From assembly GCA_026713485.1 (NCBI GenBank), contig JAPOOK010000036.1, forward strand, positions 579-64,578: a stretch of DNA of 64,000 bases, read 5' to 3'. Origin of the DNA: Chloroflexota bacterium. Its GTDB lineage: Bacteria; Chloroflexota; Dehalococcoidia; UBA6926. Below the pieces are notes generated by a model that made no database searches, was not told the DNA's origin, and saw nothing but the letters and a program-made list of their open reading frames with translations. The position numbers were made by a program, and so were the translations under genes. Each line of letters opens with the position of its first letter. Position 1 is the first letter of the stretch. This document shows, piece by piece, positions 31,395 through 41,774 of the stretch.

Positions 31395-32342
31395 TTAGTA
31401 ACGTATGCGGGGATAAAGCCACAAGTAGAGCATGTCCACACCAAGGTTGGCCATAACGACAGCAATGCCTGACAGTGTCACCAAGAGTTGAACTACAGGG
31501 AAGTCTCTGAAATTGATGGCATCTATCATCAAGTGGCCTACACCCGGAATGCCGAAGACCTGCTCCGTCACCACAAGTCCTGTCACCGTGATCGGAAGGA
31601 ACATCCCAACAAGAGTCAAGACAGGTATGAGGGCGTTACGCATGGCGTGGCGTGTAATGATCACACGTTCCCCAAGGCCTTTGGCGCGCGCAGTGCGAAT
31701 GTAATCCTCGCTCATAACCTCCAGCATGGCTCCCCGCATCATGCGGAGGGTCGTCCCCATGAAAAAGCCCAGCCCAATGATCAGCGCAGGCCAAATCAGT
31801 TGAGCCAGGTTACCGGCCGGGTCTTCCCAGATGGGGACGTAGCCTTGCCGTGGAATCCAGTCAAACATCCGCACGAAGATTAGAATCAGCATCATCCCGC
31901 TCCAGAATGTCGGAACCGAGATACCGAGAATCGCGATGCCGCGAATGAGATAGTCGGTAAACGTGTCCTGCTTGAGGGCCGCAATGACACCGCCGATGAT
32001 TCCCAGCCCGCTGCCGATCAGCAGGCCCATCAGCCCGACCTGCAGACTCAACGGCACCTTGCGCGCAAGCAGAGCGGACATCTCTGCGTTGTTGTAGAGG
32101 ATTGACCGCCCGAAGTCCAGTGTCACTATGTCAAAGAGCCAGTGAAAGTACTGCTCATAGAGCGGCTTGTTCAGCCCGAGTTCCTCGCGAATCATCTGAT
32201 AGGTTTCAAAGGACATCGTCATGCCGGTATTGAATCTAAGAGACTCATCTCCTATGACCCGCATGATCAGAAAGACAACAACCGTGACGCCCAGGAGCGT
32301 CGGTATCGCCAACAACAGCCGGCGCACAACGTATGCCCACAT
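31395..32342 (-). CDS. ABC transporter permease, DppB/OppB-like (tandem paralog 2)
   Basis: MWAYVVRRLLLAIPTLLGV. About 80% identity to the flanking paralogs. Divergent periplasmic loop 1. Confidence 0.85.
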   Translation of the reverse strand: MWAYVVRRLLLAIPTLLGVTVVVFLIMRVIGDESLRFNTGMTMSFETYQMIREELGLNKPLYEQYFHWLFDIVTLDFGRSILYNNAEMSALLARKVPLSLQVGLMGLLIGSGLGIIGGVIAALKQDTFTDYLIRGIAILGISVPTFWSGMMLILIFVRMFDWIPRQGYVPIWEDPAGNLAQLIWPALIIGLGFFMGTTLRMMRGAMLEVMSEDYIRTARAKGLGERVIITRHAMRNALIPVLTLVGMFLPITVTGLVVTEQVFGIPGVGHLMIDAINFRDFPVVQLLVTLSGIAVVMANLGVDMLYLWLYPRIRY

Positions 32343-32436
32343 CGGTTTTCGCCCTCCCCGTAGGCTACAAGCCGGCCTCTTTCAATGCCGCGCGGGGGGC
32401 CGCCCGCGCCACAACCCGTTCCCCGTGTTTCGCACC

Positions 32437-32465
32437 TTGCTACGGACGCCCCCTACTCGTGTCAA
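32437..32465 (-). promoter_or_regulatory. sigma-70-like promoter TTGACA-N17-TAGCAA upstream of DppB paralog 2
   Basis: Minus-strand TTGACA (plus 32460..32465) and TAGCAA (32437..32442) with a 17-nt spacer. Embedded in a leader conserved with the 31224..31394 intergenic region. Confidence 0.5.
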
Positions 32466-32559
32466 GCATTTGATTGCCCGCCGCACGGGATTTAAGGAGG
32501 CAGTCCCGGAGGTAATCGCCTCCGGGACTGCCTTCTTTCGTCCGCAACATCCTCATGCT

Positions 32560-33519
32560 CTAGTAGCGAATGCGCGGGTCTAGCCATCCGTACAACATGT
32601 CCACACCAAGGTTGGCCATAACGACGGCAAAGCCGGTTAGCGTCACAACGAGTTGAACAACCGGATAGTCTCTCTGATTGATTGCGTCCACCATCATTCG
32701 GCCTATCCCGGGTAGGCCGAAGACCTGCTCCGTCACTACGAGTCCTGTCACTGTGATCGGCAAGAATATCCCGATCAGCGTCAGCACGGGAATCAGAGCA
32801 TTGCGCATTGCATGACGGACGATGATGACGCGTTCCTTGAGACCCTTGGACCTTGCCGTCCGCACATAGTCCTCACGCATAACCTCAAGCATGGTTGCCC
32901 GCATCATGCGGAGCGGCACTCCCATGAGGAAACCAAGGCCGATTATCAGCGCAGGCCACATCAGTTGCGCCAGGTTGGCGATCGGATCTTCCCAGATGGG
33001 GATGTAGCCTTGCCGCGGAATCCAGTCGAATGTCCGCACAAAGATCAGGATGAGCATCATACCGCTCCAGAAAGTCGGAACGGAGATGCCAAGGATTGCG
33101 GTGCCGCGAATGAAGTAGTCGGTAAAAGTGTCCTGCTTAAGAGCCGCGATGACTCCGCCTGCGATGCCCAAGATGCTGCCGAACACCAGACCCATCAGCC
33201 CAACTTGGAGGCTCAGCGGGGCCTTGCGCGCAAGCAGTGTGGACATCTCCGCGTTGTAGAAGAACGACCGGCCAAAGTCCAGCGTCAGGATGCCAAACAG
33301 CCATTCAAAGTACTGGACATAGAGTGGCCTGTTCAGCCCAAGCTCCTCTCGGACACGGTCAAGGGCAGCCGGGTCTAAAGAGCAGTCATTGCCCGTTCCA
33401 CAAATTATCATTAACGCCAAATCGCCCGGCGCAACCCGCATGATGAGAAAGACAACGACAGTTACTCCCAAGAGTGTCGGTAATGCCAGCAACAGCCGGC
33501 GCACTATGTATGCCCACAT
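32560..33519 (-). CDS. ABC transporter permease, DppB/OppB-like (tandem paralog 1)
   Basis: Start trimmed to MWAYIVRR (the ORF extends to 33546). Same architecture as the other two paralogs. Confidence 0.85.
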   Translation of the reverse strand: MWAYIVRRLLLALPTLLGVTVVVFLIMRVAPGDLALMIICGTGNDCSLDPAALDRVREELGLNRPLYVQYFEWLFGILTLDFGRSFFYNAEMSTLLARKAPLSLQVGLMGLVFGSILGIAGGVIAALKQDTFTDYFIRGTAILGISVPTFWSGMMLILIFVRTFDWIPRQGYIPIWEDPIANLAQLMWPALIIGLGFLMGVPLRMMRATMLEVMREDYVRTARSKGLKERVIIVRHAMRNALIPVLTLIGIFLPITVTGLVVTEQVFGLPGIGRMMVDAINQRDYPVVQLVVTLTGFAVVMANLGVDMLYGWLDPRIRY

Positions 33520-33754
33520 CGGTTTCGCCCTCCCCGTGCGATTCACCTATATCCCATGCCTGTCGCGGTGCGGTGTCGTCCTTCACCGCGCCGGATATTC
33601 AGGCCAGTCTAACCATCGGATTACAAGGGTCAAGGATCACGCCGTCGAATGTGCGGTTTTGTACGAATCGACGCGGTAAAATAGCAACAGGGGCTGTCAA
33701 GAGCCAGGGCCGTATGCGACGGACATTGACGACTCTTCCCGCAGTTTTTCTCTC

Positions 33755-33788
33755 AGACGAAAAAGCGGGCGGCCGTTGGGCCGCCCGC
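33755..33788 (-). terminator. rho-independent terminator for the alpha/beta hydrolase gene
   Basis: Perfect 10-bp stem GCGGGCGGCC-GTTG-GGCCGCCCGC followed on the minus strand by TTTTTCGTC. Confidence 0.7.
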
Positions 33789-33809
33789 TAGTCTTCAGGT
33801 TGTTCGTCC

Positions 33810-34649
33810 CTAATTCGTCGGCTTGTTCTGGTTTAGAAAATCGAGAAGTGTCCGATTATATTCTTCATGGCGTTCGAACGGCGTGCCGTGCCGCGTGGGA
33901 AACACTTCGACACCGGCCTGCGTCCCCGTCATGGCCTCCGCCAACGCCTGCGCAGCCTCCGGCCCGGTGTACTGATCTCCTGCCCCAACGATGATCAATG
34001 TGGGGGACGTGATATTAGCCACGTCCACGCCGGACTGACCGCCCATACCGGCCATGACACGGACATATTTCTCCGGGTCGTTTGCGGTTGTCACCGCGTA
34101 ATGTGCCTCAACAGTCTCAGGCCGCGCGACCAGAAACTCGGGCGTATATACCTGCTCGCGCCAGCCTTCAAACACAAAGTCCATCCCACCGGCGCGAATG
34201 CCGGCCATTCGCTCCTCTCGCATTGCCTGCGCAGCGCGAGCTTCCTCCTCATTCGCGGGTGGAGGCGGATCGAGCCTCCCGCCGTTGGATATCACGGCGC
34301 CCCACACCCGATTCGGGTGCGTCGCGGCAAAGTTGCGCACAATTCCGCCGCCCATCGAATAGCCGATAAGCGCTGTGCGCTCGATGCCCAAACCGTCCAG
34401 CAAGGCCGCAAGATCATCGACGAACGTCTTCTGGCTCAGGGAATCGTCCTCCGGGGTCTCAGTGTCCCCGTGTCCGCGCACATCGTAGGTCAGGACGCGG
34501 AACGACTCCGCCAGCGCTGGAACCTGCAGCCACCAACCGTTGCGGTTGTCTCCGGAGCCGTGGACAAGCGTCACCCACGGCGCGCCTTCAGGCCCGGTCG
34601 TCTCATAACACTGTTCAATTCCGTTTGCCGTGATCATCTTTGCCGTCAT
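33810..34649 (-). CDS. alpha/beta hydrolase fold protein
   Basis: HGSGDNRNGW, GYSMGGGI nucleophile elbow (GxSxG), about 280 aa. Confidence 0.75.
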   Translation of the reverse strand: MTAKMITANGIEQCYETTGPEGAPWVTLVHGSGDNRNGWWLQVPALAESFRVLTYDVRGHGDTETPEDDSLSQKTFVDDLAALLDGLGIERTALIGYSMGGGIVRNFAATHPNRVWGAVISNGGRLDPPPPANEEEARAAQAMREERMAGIRAGGMDFVFEGWREQVYTPEFLVARPETVEAHYAVTTANDPEKYVRVMAGMGGQSGVDVANITSPTLIIVGAGDQYTGPEAAQALAEAMTGTQAGVEVFPTRHGTPFERHEEYNRTLLDFLNQNKPTN

Positions 34650-34789
34650 ACTCTCCCCCGTCCCCTGTCATGCGTCTTGCGTTCTTATTCGGCCACGCTC
34701 GGATTGTAGCGCGGGCGACCCGTGACACGCCGCACTACAATAACAATTGAGCCCGGAACGTTGGTGGGCGCAAGCAAGTTGGGAGTGAC

Positions 34790-35263
34790 GTGATGGCAAT
34801 TGAATTCAACGTGGAAGTCCAATTCAATGCGTCCCCGGAAAAGGTGTTTCACGCCCTCACCAGTGTCGATACATTCGTCGATTGGATGCCTAACCTCAAG
34901 GAAGTCAAAGTCCTGTCCGAGGGTGACATTGGGGAAGGCACGGTCTATGAGGAAACTCGCCGCATGTTCTTCCGCGACGCCACGGAACGTTTTCGGATTA
35001 GCAAATATGAGCCGCCCGACACGCTTGAATTGACCGTCGATGGATCGGAGGGCAGCAGTGGCAGCGGCCAATACACGTTCTTCTACCGCCTAGGGGAAGA
35101 CGCAGATAACGGCGGTACCAGCATGTCCATGCGGGGCGAAATCACAGGGCTCAACAAGGTCATGGAGTTCATGGGGCGGCTAGGCTTGCGATTCATGGTG
35201 CGCGCCATCCGTAAGGACTACCATGCCCTCGCCAGCCACTTGGCTGCTCAGTCCAACGAATGA
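34790..35263 (+). CDS. SRPBCC family protein (polyketide cyclase/dehydrase-like)
   Basis: 157 aa. A FNASPEKVFHALTSVDTFVDWMP-type N-terminus is typical of SRPBCC. Confidence 0.6.
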   Translation: MMAIEFNVEVQFNASPEKVFHALTSVDTFVDWMPNLKEVKVLSEGDIGEGTVYEETRRMFFRDATERFRISKYEPPDTLELTVDGSEGSSGSGQYTFFYRLGEDADNGGTSMSMRGEITGLNKVMEFMGRLGLRFMVRAIRKDYHALASHLAAQSNE

Positions 35264-36012
35264 CGTTCTTCAACACAAGTGGGCGTAACCGCCTCTACGG
35301 GGATCTTGCTTATCTCTGGCCGCTGATGAGCCCGCCGGAAGAGTACGCGGACGAATCACCACACTGGCGCAACCAGATTCTGACACGCCTCCACAAGCAC
35401 CCCATACGCGCTCTGGAACTCGGCACCGGCGGCGGACATTTTCTATCGCACCTTACGGACATCGTGGATGCAACGGCCGTCGATCTCTCGGAGTCGATGC
35501 TGGATAACGCGCGGCGACTCAACCCCGGTGTGGAGCATGTCGTCGGCGACATGCGAGATCTTCGGCTTGAACGAACCTTTGATGTCGTCCTCATCCACGA
35601 CGCCATCGCCTATATGACATCAGAAGCTGATTTGACGGCAACGTTTGCGACAGCGCGGGCCCACCTTGTAGCGGGCGGTGTATTCATCACGATGCCGGAC
35701 CACTACATCGACCGCCCCGTCTGGCCGTACGTCAACCATCGTACTCACACGCGCGGCGACCGCGAGCTCACCTATATCGAATACTCATCGCCGGACATCG
35801 AGAACCCTTCCCTGCTGCAGTCATCGTTCCTGTTCGTCATCACGGAGAACGGCGAGCGACGCATGGAACTCGACCACCACACGACTGGCCTATTTCCGGT
35901 CGATACTTGGCGGCGGCTGATCGAGGAGGCCGGTTTCAGCGTTGAGCGCCTGAACTATCCGGTCGCGGACGGGCCTATCAGCCAATACCTCTGGGTAGCA
36001 ACGGCGGTCTAG
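35260..36012 (+). CDS. class I SAM-dependent methyltransferase
   Basis: Motif I ALELGTGGGHF. Overlaps the upstream gene by 4 nt. Confidence 0.7.
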   Translation: MTFFNTSGRNRLYGDLAYLWPLMSPPEEYADESPHWRNQILTRLHKHPIRALELGTGGGHFLSHLTDIVDATAVDLSESMLDNARRLNPGVEHVVGDMRDLRLERTFDVVLIHDAIAYMTSEADLTATFATARAHLVAGGVFITMPDHYIDRPVWPYVNHRTHTRGDRELTYIEYSSPDIENPSLLQSSFLFVITENGERRMELDHHTTGLFPVDTWRRLIEEAGFSVERLNYPVADGPISQYLWVATAV

Positions 36013-37049
36013 GGGAAGAGGGCGAATTCCTCCAGGCCCTCAGTTTCCGGCGCGCCAAACATGAGGTTCATGTTCTGGATCGCCTGCCCCGCCGCTCCCT
36101 TAACAAGGTTGTCCAGCGCCGTCACGACGATGATGCGACCTGTCCGTTGATCAATCACGGGGTACACCTGCGTGAAGTTACTGCCTGCCGTCTGTTTGGT
36201 TTGCGGCGGCGTCTTTGTCACGCGCACGAATGGCTCGTTGGCGTAGTAGTCCTCATACAGGTCGCGCAGGCGCTTTGCGCCATCCGGCGACGCTGGGAGC
36301 CGGTTGTCCGACGGGGTCAAGTAAATCGTGCTCAGGATGCCGCGGGTCATCGGAATCAGGTGTGGCGTGAACGTCACGGCCCACTTCTGCGACGAATCCA
36401 TGTCATGCAATTCCTGTGTGATCTCCGGCAGATGCCGATGGCCGGACAGCCCATAGGCGGATACGTTCTCATTCGCCTCAGAGAAATGAACAGTCTGGCT
36501 GAGCGAGCGACCCGCGCCAGACACGCCCGACTTTGAATCCACAATCACGTTCGGCTCGATGAGCTTTTCCTTAACAAGGGGGGCGAGTCCCAACAGCGCG
36601 CCAGTCGGATAGCATCCAGGGTTTGCGATGAGCCGCGCCTCCTTGATTGCATCTCGGTGCAGCTCCGGCAGGCCGTAGACCGCCTCTTCAAGGAAGGACG
36701 GCGCGGGGTGCGGCTGATACCACGCCTCGTACTCCTCTACGTTGTGCAGGCGAAAATCAGCAGCGATGTCCACCACGCGGGCGTTCTTGCCGAGCATGGC
36801 AACACACGCCTCCGCCGACGCCTTGTGCGGCAACGCGGAGAACGCGACATCAACGCCATCGAGCTCATCCTGCTCAACAATGGGCAAGCCCATCCTGTCC
36901 AGGTGCGGCAGATACTCGTCCAGTTGCTCACCGGCGGCGGAGCGGCCCGTGACGGCGGCGAGTTCAACCTCGGAATGGCTGCGAAGAATCCGCACAAGCT
37001 CCATCCCGGCATACCCCGTCACATTGATAATCCCCGCCTTGATGGTCAT
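36009..37049 (-). CDS. argC: N-acetyl-gamma-glutamyl-phosphate reductase
   Basis: IKAGIINVTGYAGMELVRIL N-terminus. Active-site Cys context NPGCYPTG. Confidence 0.85.
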   Translation of the reverse strand: MTIKAGIINVTGYAGMELVRILRSHSEVELAAVTGRSAAGEQLDEYLPHLDRMGLPIVEQDELDGVDVAFSALPHKASAEACVAMLGKNARVVDIAADFRLHNVEEYEAWYQPHPAPSFLEEAVYGLPELHRDAIKEARLIANPGCYPTGALLGLAPLVKEKLIEPNVIVDSKSGVSGAGRSLSQTVHFSEANENVSAYGLSGHRHLPEITQELHDMDSSQKWAVTFTPHLIPMTRGILSTIYLTPSDNRLPASPDGAKRLRDLYEDYYANEPFVRVTKTPPQTKQTAGSNFTQVYPVIDQRTGRIIVVTALDNLVKGAAGQAIQNMNLMFGAPETEGLEEFALFP

Positions 37050-37183
37050 GGTACGTGTTCCTCTGACTCCAATTGCATTGCTATCTGGCGTTATAGATGA
37101 ACACCCATTTTAGCAGGATGGAAAAGAATCACATTGAGCAGAAAAGCCATCCCGTATATGAGTATTCGACATCGGAGCCCGCC

Positions 37184-37870
37184 TTACCCCTTCTCTGTGC
37201 TGCTTGGGCACAGTTCCGACAGCACGCACCCCGCGCAGTTGGGGCGGCGGGCGTGGCAGACGCGACGACCGTGCTCTATCAGGTCGACGTGGAACTGGTA
37301 TACCTGTGACTCATCAAGATAAGACTCCAGCTGATAGTGCGCTTTGTCCGCGTTCATCTTCTTTGGAATGAGACTGAGTCGGCCCGAGACGCGGTGGACG
37401 TGGGTATCGACGGGCAGCGCGGGGCGGCCGAGGCTGAACAGAAGCACACACGCTGCCGTCTTTTCTCCAACCCCGGGCAGGCTCAGCAGCCATTTTCGGG
37501 CCTCATCGAACGGCATCTCGGCCAGGAAATCGATACTGAACTCACCACGCTGGCGATGGATCTCGTTCAGGATGGCCTGGATGCGCGGCGCTTTAATCTT
37601 CGACAGCCCACCCCCCTTGATAACCTCTTGCACAACCTCCGTAGGCGCATCGACGACGTCCTGCCACGTGGGAAAGGCAGCTCGCAAGTCCGCGAATGTG
37701 CGGTCGGTGTTTAGGTCGGACGTGTGCTGGGAGAGAACGGTATAAATCAACTCGTCCATCGGCTCGGCCCGCTTGAACCAGGGACGCTCGCCGTTTTGCT
37801 CTAAAAGCAGCCGAGATACGTCCTGAGCGCGTTGGGCGCGGACTGTCGGGCGGCGGCGTTTCGTGGTCAT
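37184..37870 (-). CDS. nth: endonuclease III family DNA glycosylase (HhH-GPD with 4Fe-4S cluster)
   Basis: HhH motif LLSLPGVGEKTAACVL. C-terminal Cys cluster CHARRPNCAGCVLSELC. Confidence 0.8.
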   Translation of the reverse strand: MTTKRRRPTVRAQRAQDVSRLLLEQNGERPWFKRAEPMDELIYTVLSQHTSDLNTDRTFADLRAAFPTWQDVVDAPTEVVQEVIKGGGLSKIKAPRIQAILNEIHRQRGEFSIDFLAEMPFDEARKWLLSLPGVGEKTAACVLLFSLGRPALPVDTHVHRVSGRLSLIPKKMNADKAHYQLESYLDESQVYQFHVDLIEHGRRVCHARRPNCAGCVLSELCPSSTEKG

Positions 37871-37974
37871 CGCGTGCTAGACTCTCCCTATGGATTCCCC
37901 ATCAATTCTAGGCATAAGAGCGATTAGTTCACCGGCAACCCACCTCCAGCAGTCACGCGTGATGGTCACTATCC

Positions 37975-39333
37975 ATGCGTGACGAAATGACGCAGGCCCT
38001 CAGTGGCCACAACGCCGACTACATCGAGTTGCGACTGGAGGAGTTGGACACCAACCATATCTCCATGCGCGGCCATGAAATTGACGACATCGGAGGCTCA
38101 ACAAGCAGGGGCGGCGCGGCGCGGGCATATGTGAACGGCGCATGGGGTTTCGTCACGTTCACGCAGGCAGATAACCTCCGTGAGCGGGTTGCAACGGCGG
38201 TTCGGCAAGCGCACCTTGCCTCCGGCGAGGGCGGAGAACTTGTGCGCGGCGAGCCGGTCATTGCTGAACCTGCTCCTGTCCTTGACAACGATCCGTTCCT
38301 TATACCGCTCGACCGCAAGGTCAACCTCTTGCAGGAATACGTTGAGGCGATGTGGGCCGTGCCGAATATCCAGAGCACGTCCATCGGCTCCGGCGACCGC
38401 CGTCGGGTCACACACTTCGCTAACTCGGAAGGCTCCTACATCCGCCAGGAGCGCGTGGACGTGACATTCCGTGCCCGCGCTATGGCCCGCCGTGATGGCG
38501 ACGTGCAGCAATACGGAGTCAGCGTCGGCAGCCTCGGCGACTACAACATCCTTGAGGGTCGCCACGACGAGATGCGCGAGATAGCCGACAAGGCCGTCGC
38601 GCTGCTGGACGCGCCTCAAGTTGAGGGGCGCGAGTACACGGTCATCTGCGACCCGATTCTCGGCGGCGTATTCGCCCATGAGGCGTTCGGGCACCTGTCA
38701 GAGTCGGATTTCGTCTATGAGAACGATCAGATGAAGGAGATCATGGTGTTGGGGCGGCGATTCGGCGGCCAACACCTGAACATCGTTGACGGCGCGTCTG
38801 TGCCCGGCCTACGCGGCTCCTATGACTACGACGACGAGGGCATCGCGGCCCGAAAGTCAGATCTTATCCGCGAGGGTGTGCTGGTTGGGCGGCTGCACTC
38901 ACGGGAGACGGCAGGCAAGATGGGCGAGGGGGTGACGGGCAATGCCCGCGCCATGGACTATCGGTTTCCTCCCATCGTCCGCATGACCAACACGTTCATC
39001 GAGCCGGGCACGGCCACGGCGGAGGAACTGATCTCTGAGGTCAAGGACGGCGTCTACTGCAAGAACTGGTACGGCGGCATGACCTCCATGGAGATGTTCA
39101 CCTTCTCCGCCGGCGAGGCGTACCGCATCCGCAACGGGCGCATTGAAGAACTGCTGCGGCCTGTCGTGTTGTCCGGCAACGTCTTCACCACGCTTGAGAA
39201 CCTTGATGCGGTCGCGAATGATCTCGATATGAACCAGGGCGGAGGTTGCGGCAAGGGCGGTCAATCCCCCCTGCCCGTCTCCAACGGCAGCCCGCACATC
39301 CGAATACAGAACTGCCTCGTCGGAGGCGCTTAG
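37975..39333 (+). CDS. tldD: TldD family metalloprotease
   Basis: HEAFGHLSE metal-binding motif, about 450 aa. Paired with a PmbA/TldE homolog. Confidence 0.8.
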   Translation: MRDEMTQALSGHNADYIELRLEELDTNHISMRGHEIDDIGGSTSRGGAARAYVNGAWGFVTFTQADNLRERVATAVRQAHLASGEGGELVRGEPVIAEPAPVLDNDPFLIPLDRKVNLLQEYVEAMWAVPNIQSTSIGSGDRRRVTHFANSEGSYIRQERVDVTFRARAMARRDGDVQQYGVSVGSLGDYNILEGRHDEMREIADKAVALLDAPQVEGREYTVICDPILGGVFAHEAFGHLSESDFVYENDQMKEIMVLGRRFGGQHLNIVDGASVPGLRGSYDYDDEGIAARKSDLIREGVLVGRLHSRETAGKMGEGVTGNARAMDYRFPPIVRMTNTFIEPGTATAEELISEVKDGVYCKNWYGGMTSMEMFTFSAGEAYRIRNGRIEELLRPVVLSGNVFTTLENLDAVANDLDMNQGGGCGKGGQSPLPVSNGSPHIRIQNCLVGGA

Positions 39334-39336
39334 GCC

Positions 39337-40689
39337 ATGACGCAGAGGCCGACCGACGCAGATCTCGCGATGCTGGAGCGGACGCTCGCCTACGCCCGCA
39401 GCAAAACAACCGCTGCTGAGGTATTCGTTAGCGAGGCCGAATCCACACCCGTTAGTTTCGAGGCAGAAAAGCTCAAGGAAATCTCCACGCGCCAGACGTG
39501 GGGGCTCGGCATCCGCGTTTTCGCCAATGGGCGGATGGGCGTTTCATCCACAAACCACCCGGACAAGGTGGAAGAGCTAGTCGACCGTGCCATTGAACTC
39601 GCTCGCTATGGCCCTGAATCGGAATTGACCCTGCCCGACCCGTCCCCGGGCACTCCCTCCATCGAGACGTACGACCCCGCCATTGAGGAGGTCACAACCG
39701 AGGCCATGGTGGAAGCGGGGCGGCGGCTGCTTGATGAGGCCAAGCCGCTGGAGCCGGAGGCGTTGTATGGGGCAAATCTTACCTACAGCACAAGCAGTTT
39801 CGCATTCCTCAATTCCAACGGCGTCAACTTCGGCCACCGCAAGAGCGGATTCGGACTGTTCGTCTCCGGCACGTTGATTCGCGGCACAGACATGTTCTTC
39901 ATCGGCGAGGGCGACCGCGGATGCAGCCCGGATTGGGACATGCAGCGGCACATTGACGGCATGAGGCAGCAGATCGAGTGGGGCAAAGAAATTGCGCCCA
40001 CCCCAGCCGGACATATGCCCGTTCTCTTCATGCCGCGGGCAGTCTCATCCGTCCTTCTCGGCCCGTTCCTATCCGGCATCAACGGCAAGACTGTACTCCA
40101 GGGATCGTCACCACTTGAGGGCCGGATCGGCGAGCAGGTCTTTGACAAGCGGCTGTCCATCGTCGATGACCCCACTCTCCCGCTCAAACCACCGTCACGC
40201 TCGTACGACGATGAAGGCGTGCCAAGCCGCGAACAGTTCCTTGTTCAGGACGGCGTGCTCCGCACCATCCTGTACGAGCTGCAGTCCGCATCCAAGGCAG
40301 GCGTAGAGCCGACGGGCAGTGCCTCGCGGGGACTTGGCGCGATGCCCGGCGCGGGCACAACCTATCTCACAATCGAACCCAGCGATGCCTCGTTCGATGA
40401 CATGCTCCACACGATGGGTGACGGCGTCATCGTCGAACGGCTCATCGGAATGGGACAGGGCAACGTCCTGGGTGGCGACGCCGGCGGCAACATCCTACTC
40501 GGCTACCGTGTGCAGGGCGGCGAAGTCATTGGCCGCGTCAAAGACACCATGCTCCACTGCAACATCTACGACATCCTCAAGGACATCATGGCCATTGGGG
40601 CTGAATCGACGGAGTTGGGTGGGTCGCTTGCCACCCCCGCAATTCTCTGCGACGGCGTTTCTATCGCCCCCAAGTCAGACTCCGAGTAA
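39337..40689 (+). CDS. tldE: PmbA/TldE family protease partner
   Basis: 450 aa TldD/PmbA fold without the HExxH motif. Immediately follows tldD. Confidence 0.75.
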   Translation: MTQRPTDADLAMLERTLAYARSKTTAAEVFVSEAESTPVSFEAEKLKEISTRQTWGLGIRVFANGRMGVSSTNHPDKVEELVDRAIELARYGPESELTLPDPSPGTPSIETYDPAIEEVTTEAMVEAGRRLLDEAKPLEPEALYGANLTYSTSSFAFLNSNGVNFGHRKSGFGLFVSGTLIRGTDMFFIGEGDRGCSPDWDMQRHIDGMRQQIEWGKEIAPTPAGHMPVLFMPRAVSSVLLGPFLSGINGKTVLQGSSPLEGRIGEQVFDKRLSIVDDPTLPLKPPSRSYDDEGVPSREQFLVQDGVLRTILYELQSASKAGVEPTGSASRGLGAMPGAGTTYLTIEPSDASFDDMLHTMGDGVIVERLIGMGQGNVLGGDAGGNILLGYRVQGGEVIGRVKDTMLHCNIYDILKDIMAIGAESTELGGSLATPAILCDGVSIAPKSDSE

Positions 40690-40707
40690 CACAGCGGAGC
40701 CGATACG

Positions 40708-41769
40708 ATGCAGTCGGATGGTGTCGAGAGCGTTATCAACGCTATACGACAGGATCCCGCTGGCGTAACCGCCGCCGCCCTCGCCGAGCTCTCCGACCCC
40801 GACCGCGACGAATTGGGCCGGGTGATCGACACCCTGCGTGACATCGATTTTGAATACCGGCGTTCCATCGTTAGTCAGCTAGTGGAACTCGGGGAAGAAA
40901 ACGTCGACTACACATTTGACCGCATATTCATGACCCTGATGGACGACGAGGATGAAGAGGTCCGGGAAGCAGCAATCCTGGGGCTTTGGGAAAGTGAGAA
41001 TCGTGCCCTGATTGAGCCGCTTTTTGAGCGACTCTTGATTGACGGCGAAGAGCGCGTGCGGGCCGTTGCCGCTCAATCGCTTGGCCGATTCGCCGTCCTG
41101 GCAGAACTTGGCGACCTTTTGGAGCGCGATGCCAGTCGTGTCCGTGAGGGCCTGCTTGACGTGATTCGCAACGAGCAGGAACCGTCATTTGAGGTACGCC
41201 GCCGCGTCATTGAGGCAGTCTCCGCCTTCACAACCGAGGAGGTCCGGGAACTCATTCTTGAGACCTATGACAGCGCCAGTGAAACCCTCCGCGCCTCCGC
41301 CCTCTATGCCATGGGACAGAACGCGGACACGTCCTGGCTGACGTACGTTCGCGAGGAAATGGAGAGCGACTCCGAGGAGGTGCGGTTTGAGGCCGCAGGC
41401 GCAGCCGGTCGCATCGGTGATGAGCGCCTGATTCCGGCCCTCGCCCGCATGGGCATGGATGATAACACGGAGATCCAGGGTGCCGTCGTCACGGCCTTGA
41501 GCGCCATCGGCGGCCCTGCAGCGCAGCGCGTGCTACGCCGCTTCCTCCAACATTCGGATGAGAATTTTCGAGAACTGGCACTTGACGCATTGGAGAATAT
41601 GCAGAGCTTCGACACCAATGCAGAGATCCTGAGAAAATCCGCCGGCAGCGCGGCGGACGCCGTATCCCCGCTCAGCGACGACTCAGAAGATGACGTCTTC
41701 GAGAACTTTGATGATGATCTTGGCATCAATGAGGAACTTGACGATGACGAATTCGATGAGGACTGGTAG
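40708..41769 (+). CDS. HEAT-repeat (PBS-lyase-like) protein with acidic C-terminus
   Basis: Repeated units EVREAAILGLWE / RVRAVAAQSLGRF / EVRFEAAGAAGRIGD. C-terminal D/E-rich tail. Confidence 0.6.
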   Translation: MQSDGVESVINAIRQDPAGVTAAALAELSDPDRDELGRVIDTLRDIDFEYRRSIVSQLVELGEENVDYTFDRIFMTLMDDEDEEVREAAILGLWESENRALIEPLFERLLIDGEERVRAVAAQSLGRFAVLAELGDLLERDASRVREGLLDVIRNEQEPSFEVRRRVIEAVSAFTTEEVRELILETYDSASETLRASALYAMGQNADTSWLTYVREEMESDSEEVRFEAAGAAGRIGDERLIPALARMGMDDNTEIQGAVVTALSAIGGPAAQRVLRRFLQHSDENFRELALDALENMQSFDTNAEILRKSAGSAADAVSPLSDDSEDDVFENFDDDLGINEELDDDEFDEDW

Positions 41770-41774
41770 ACCCA

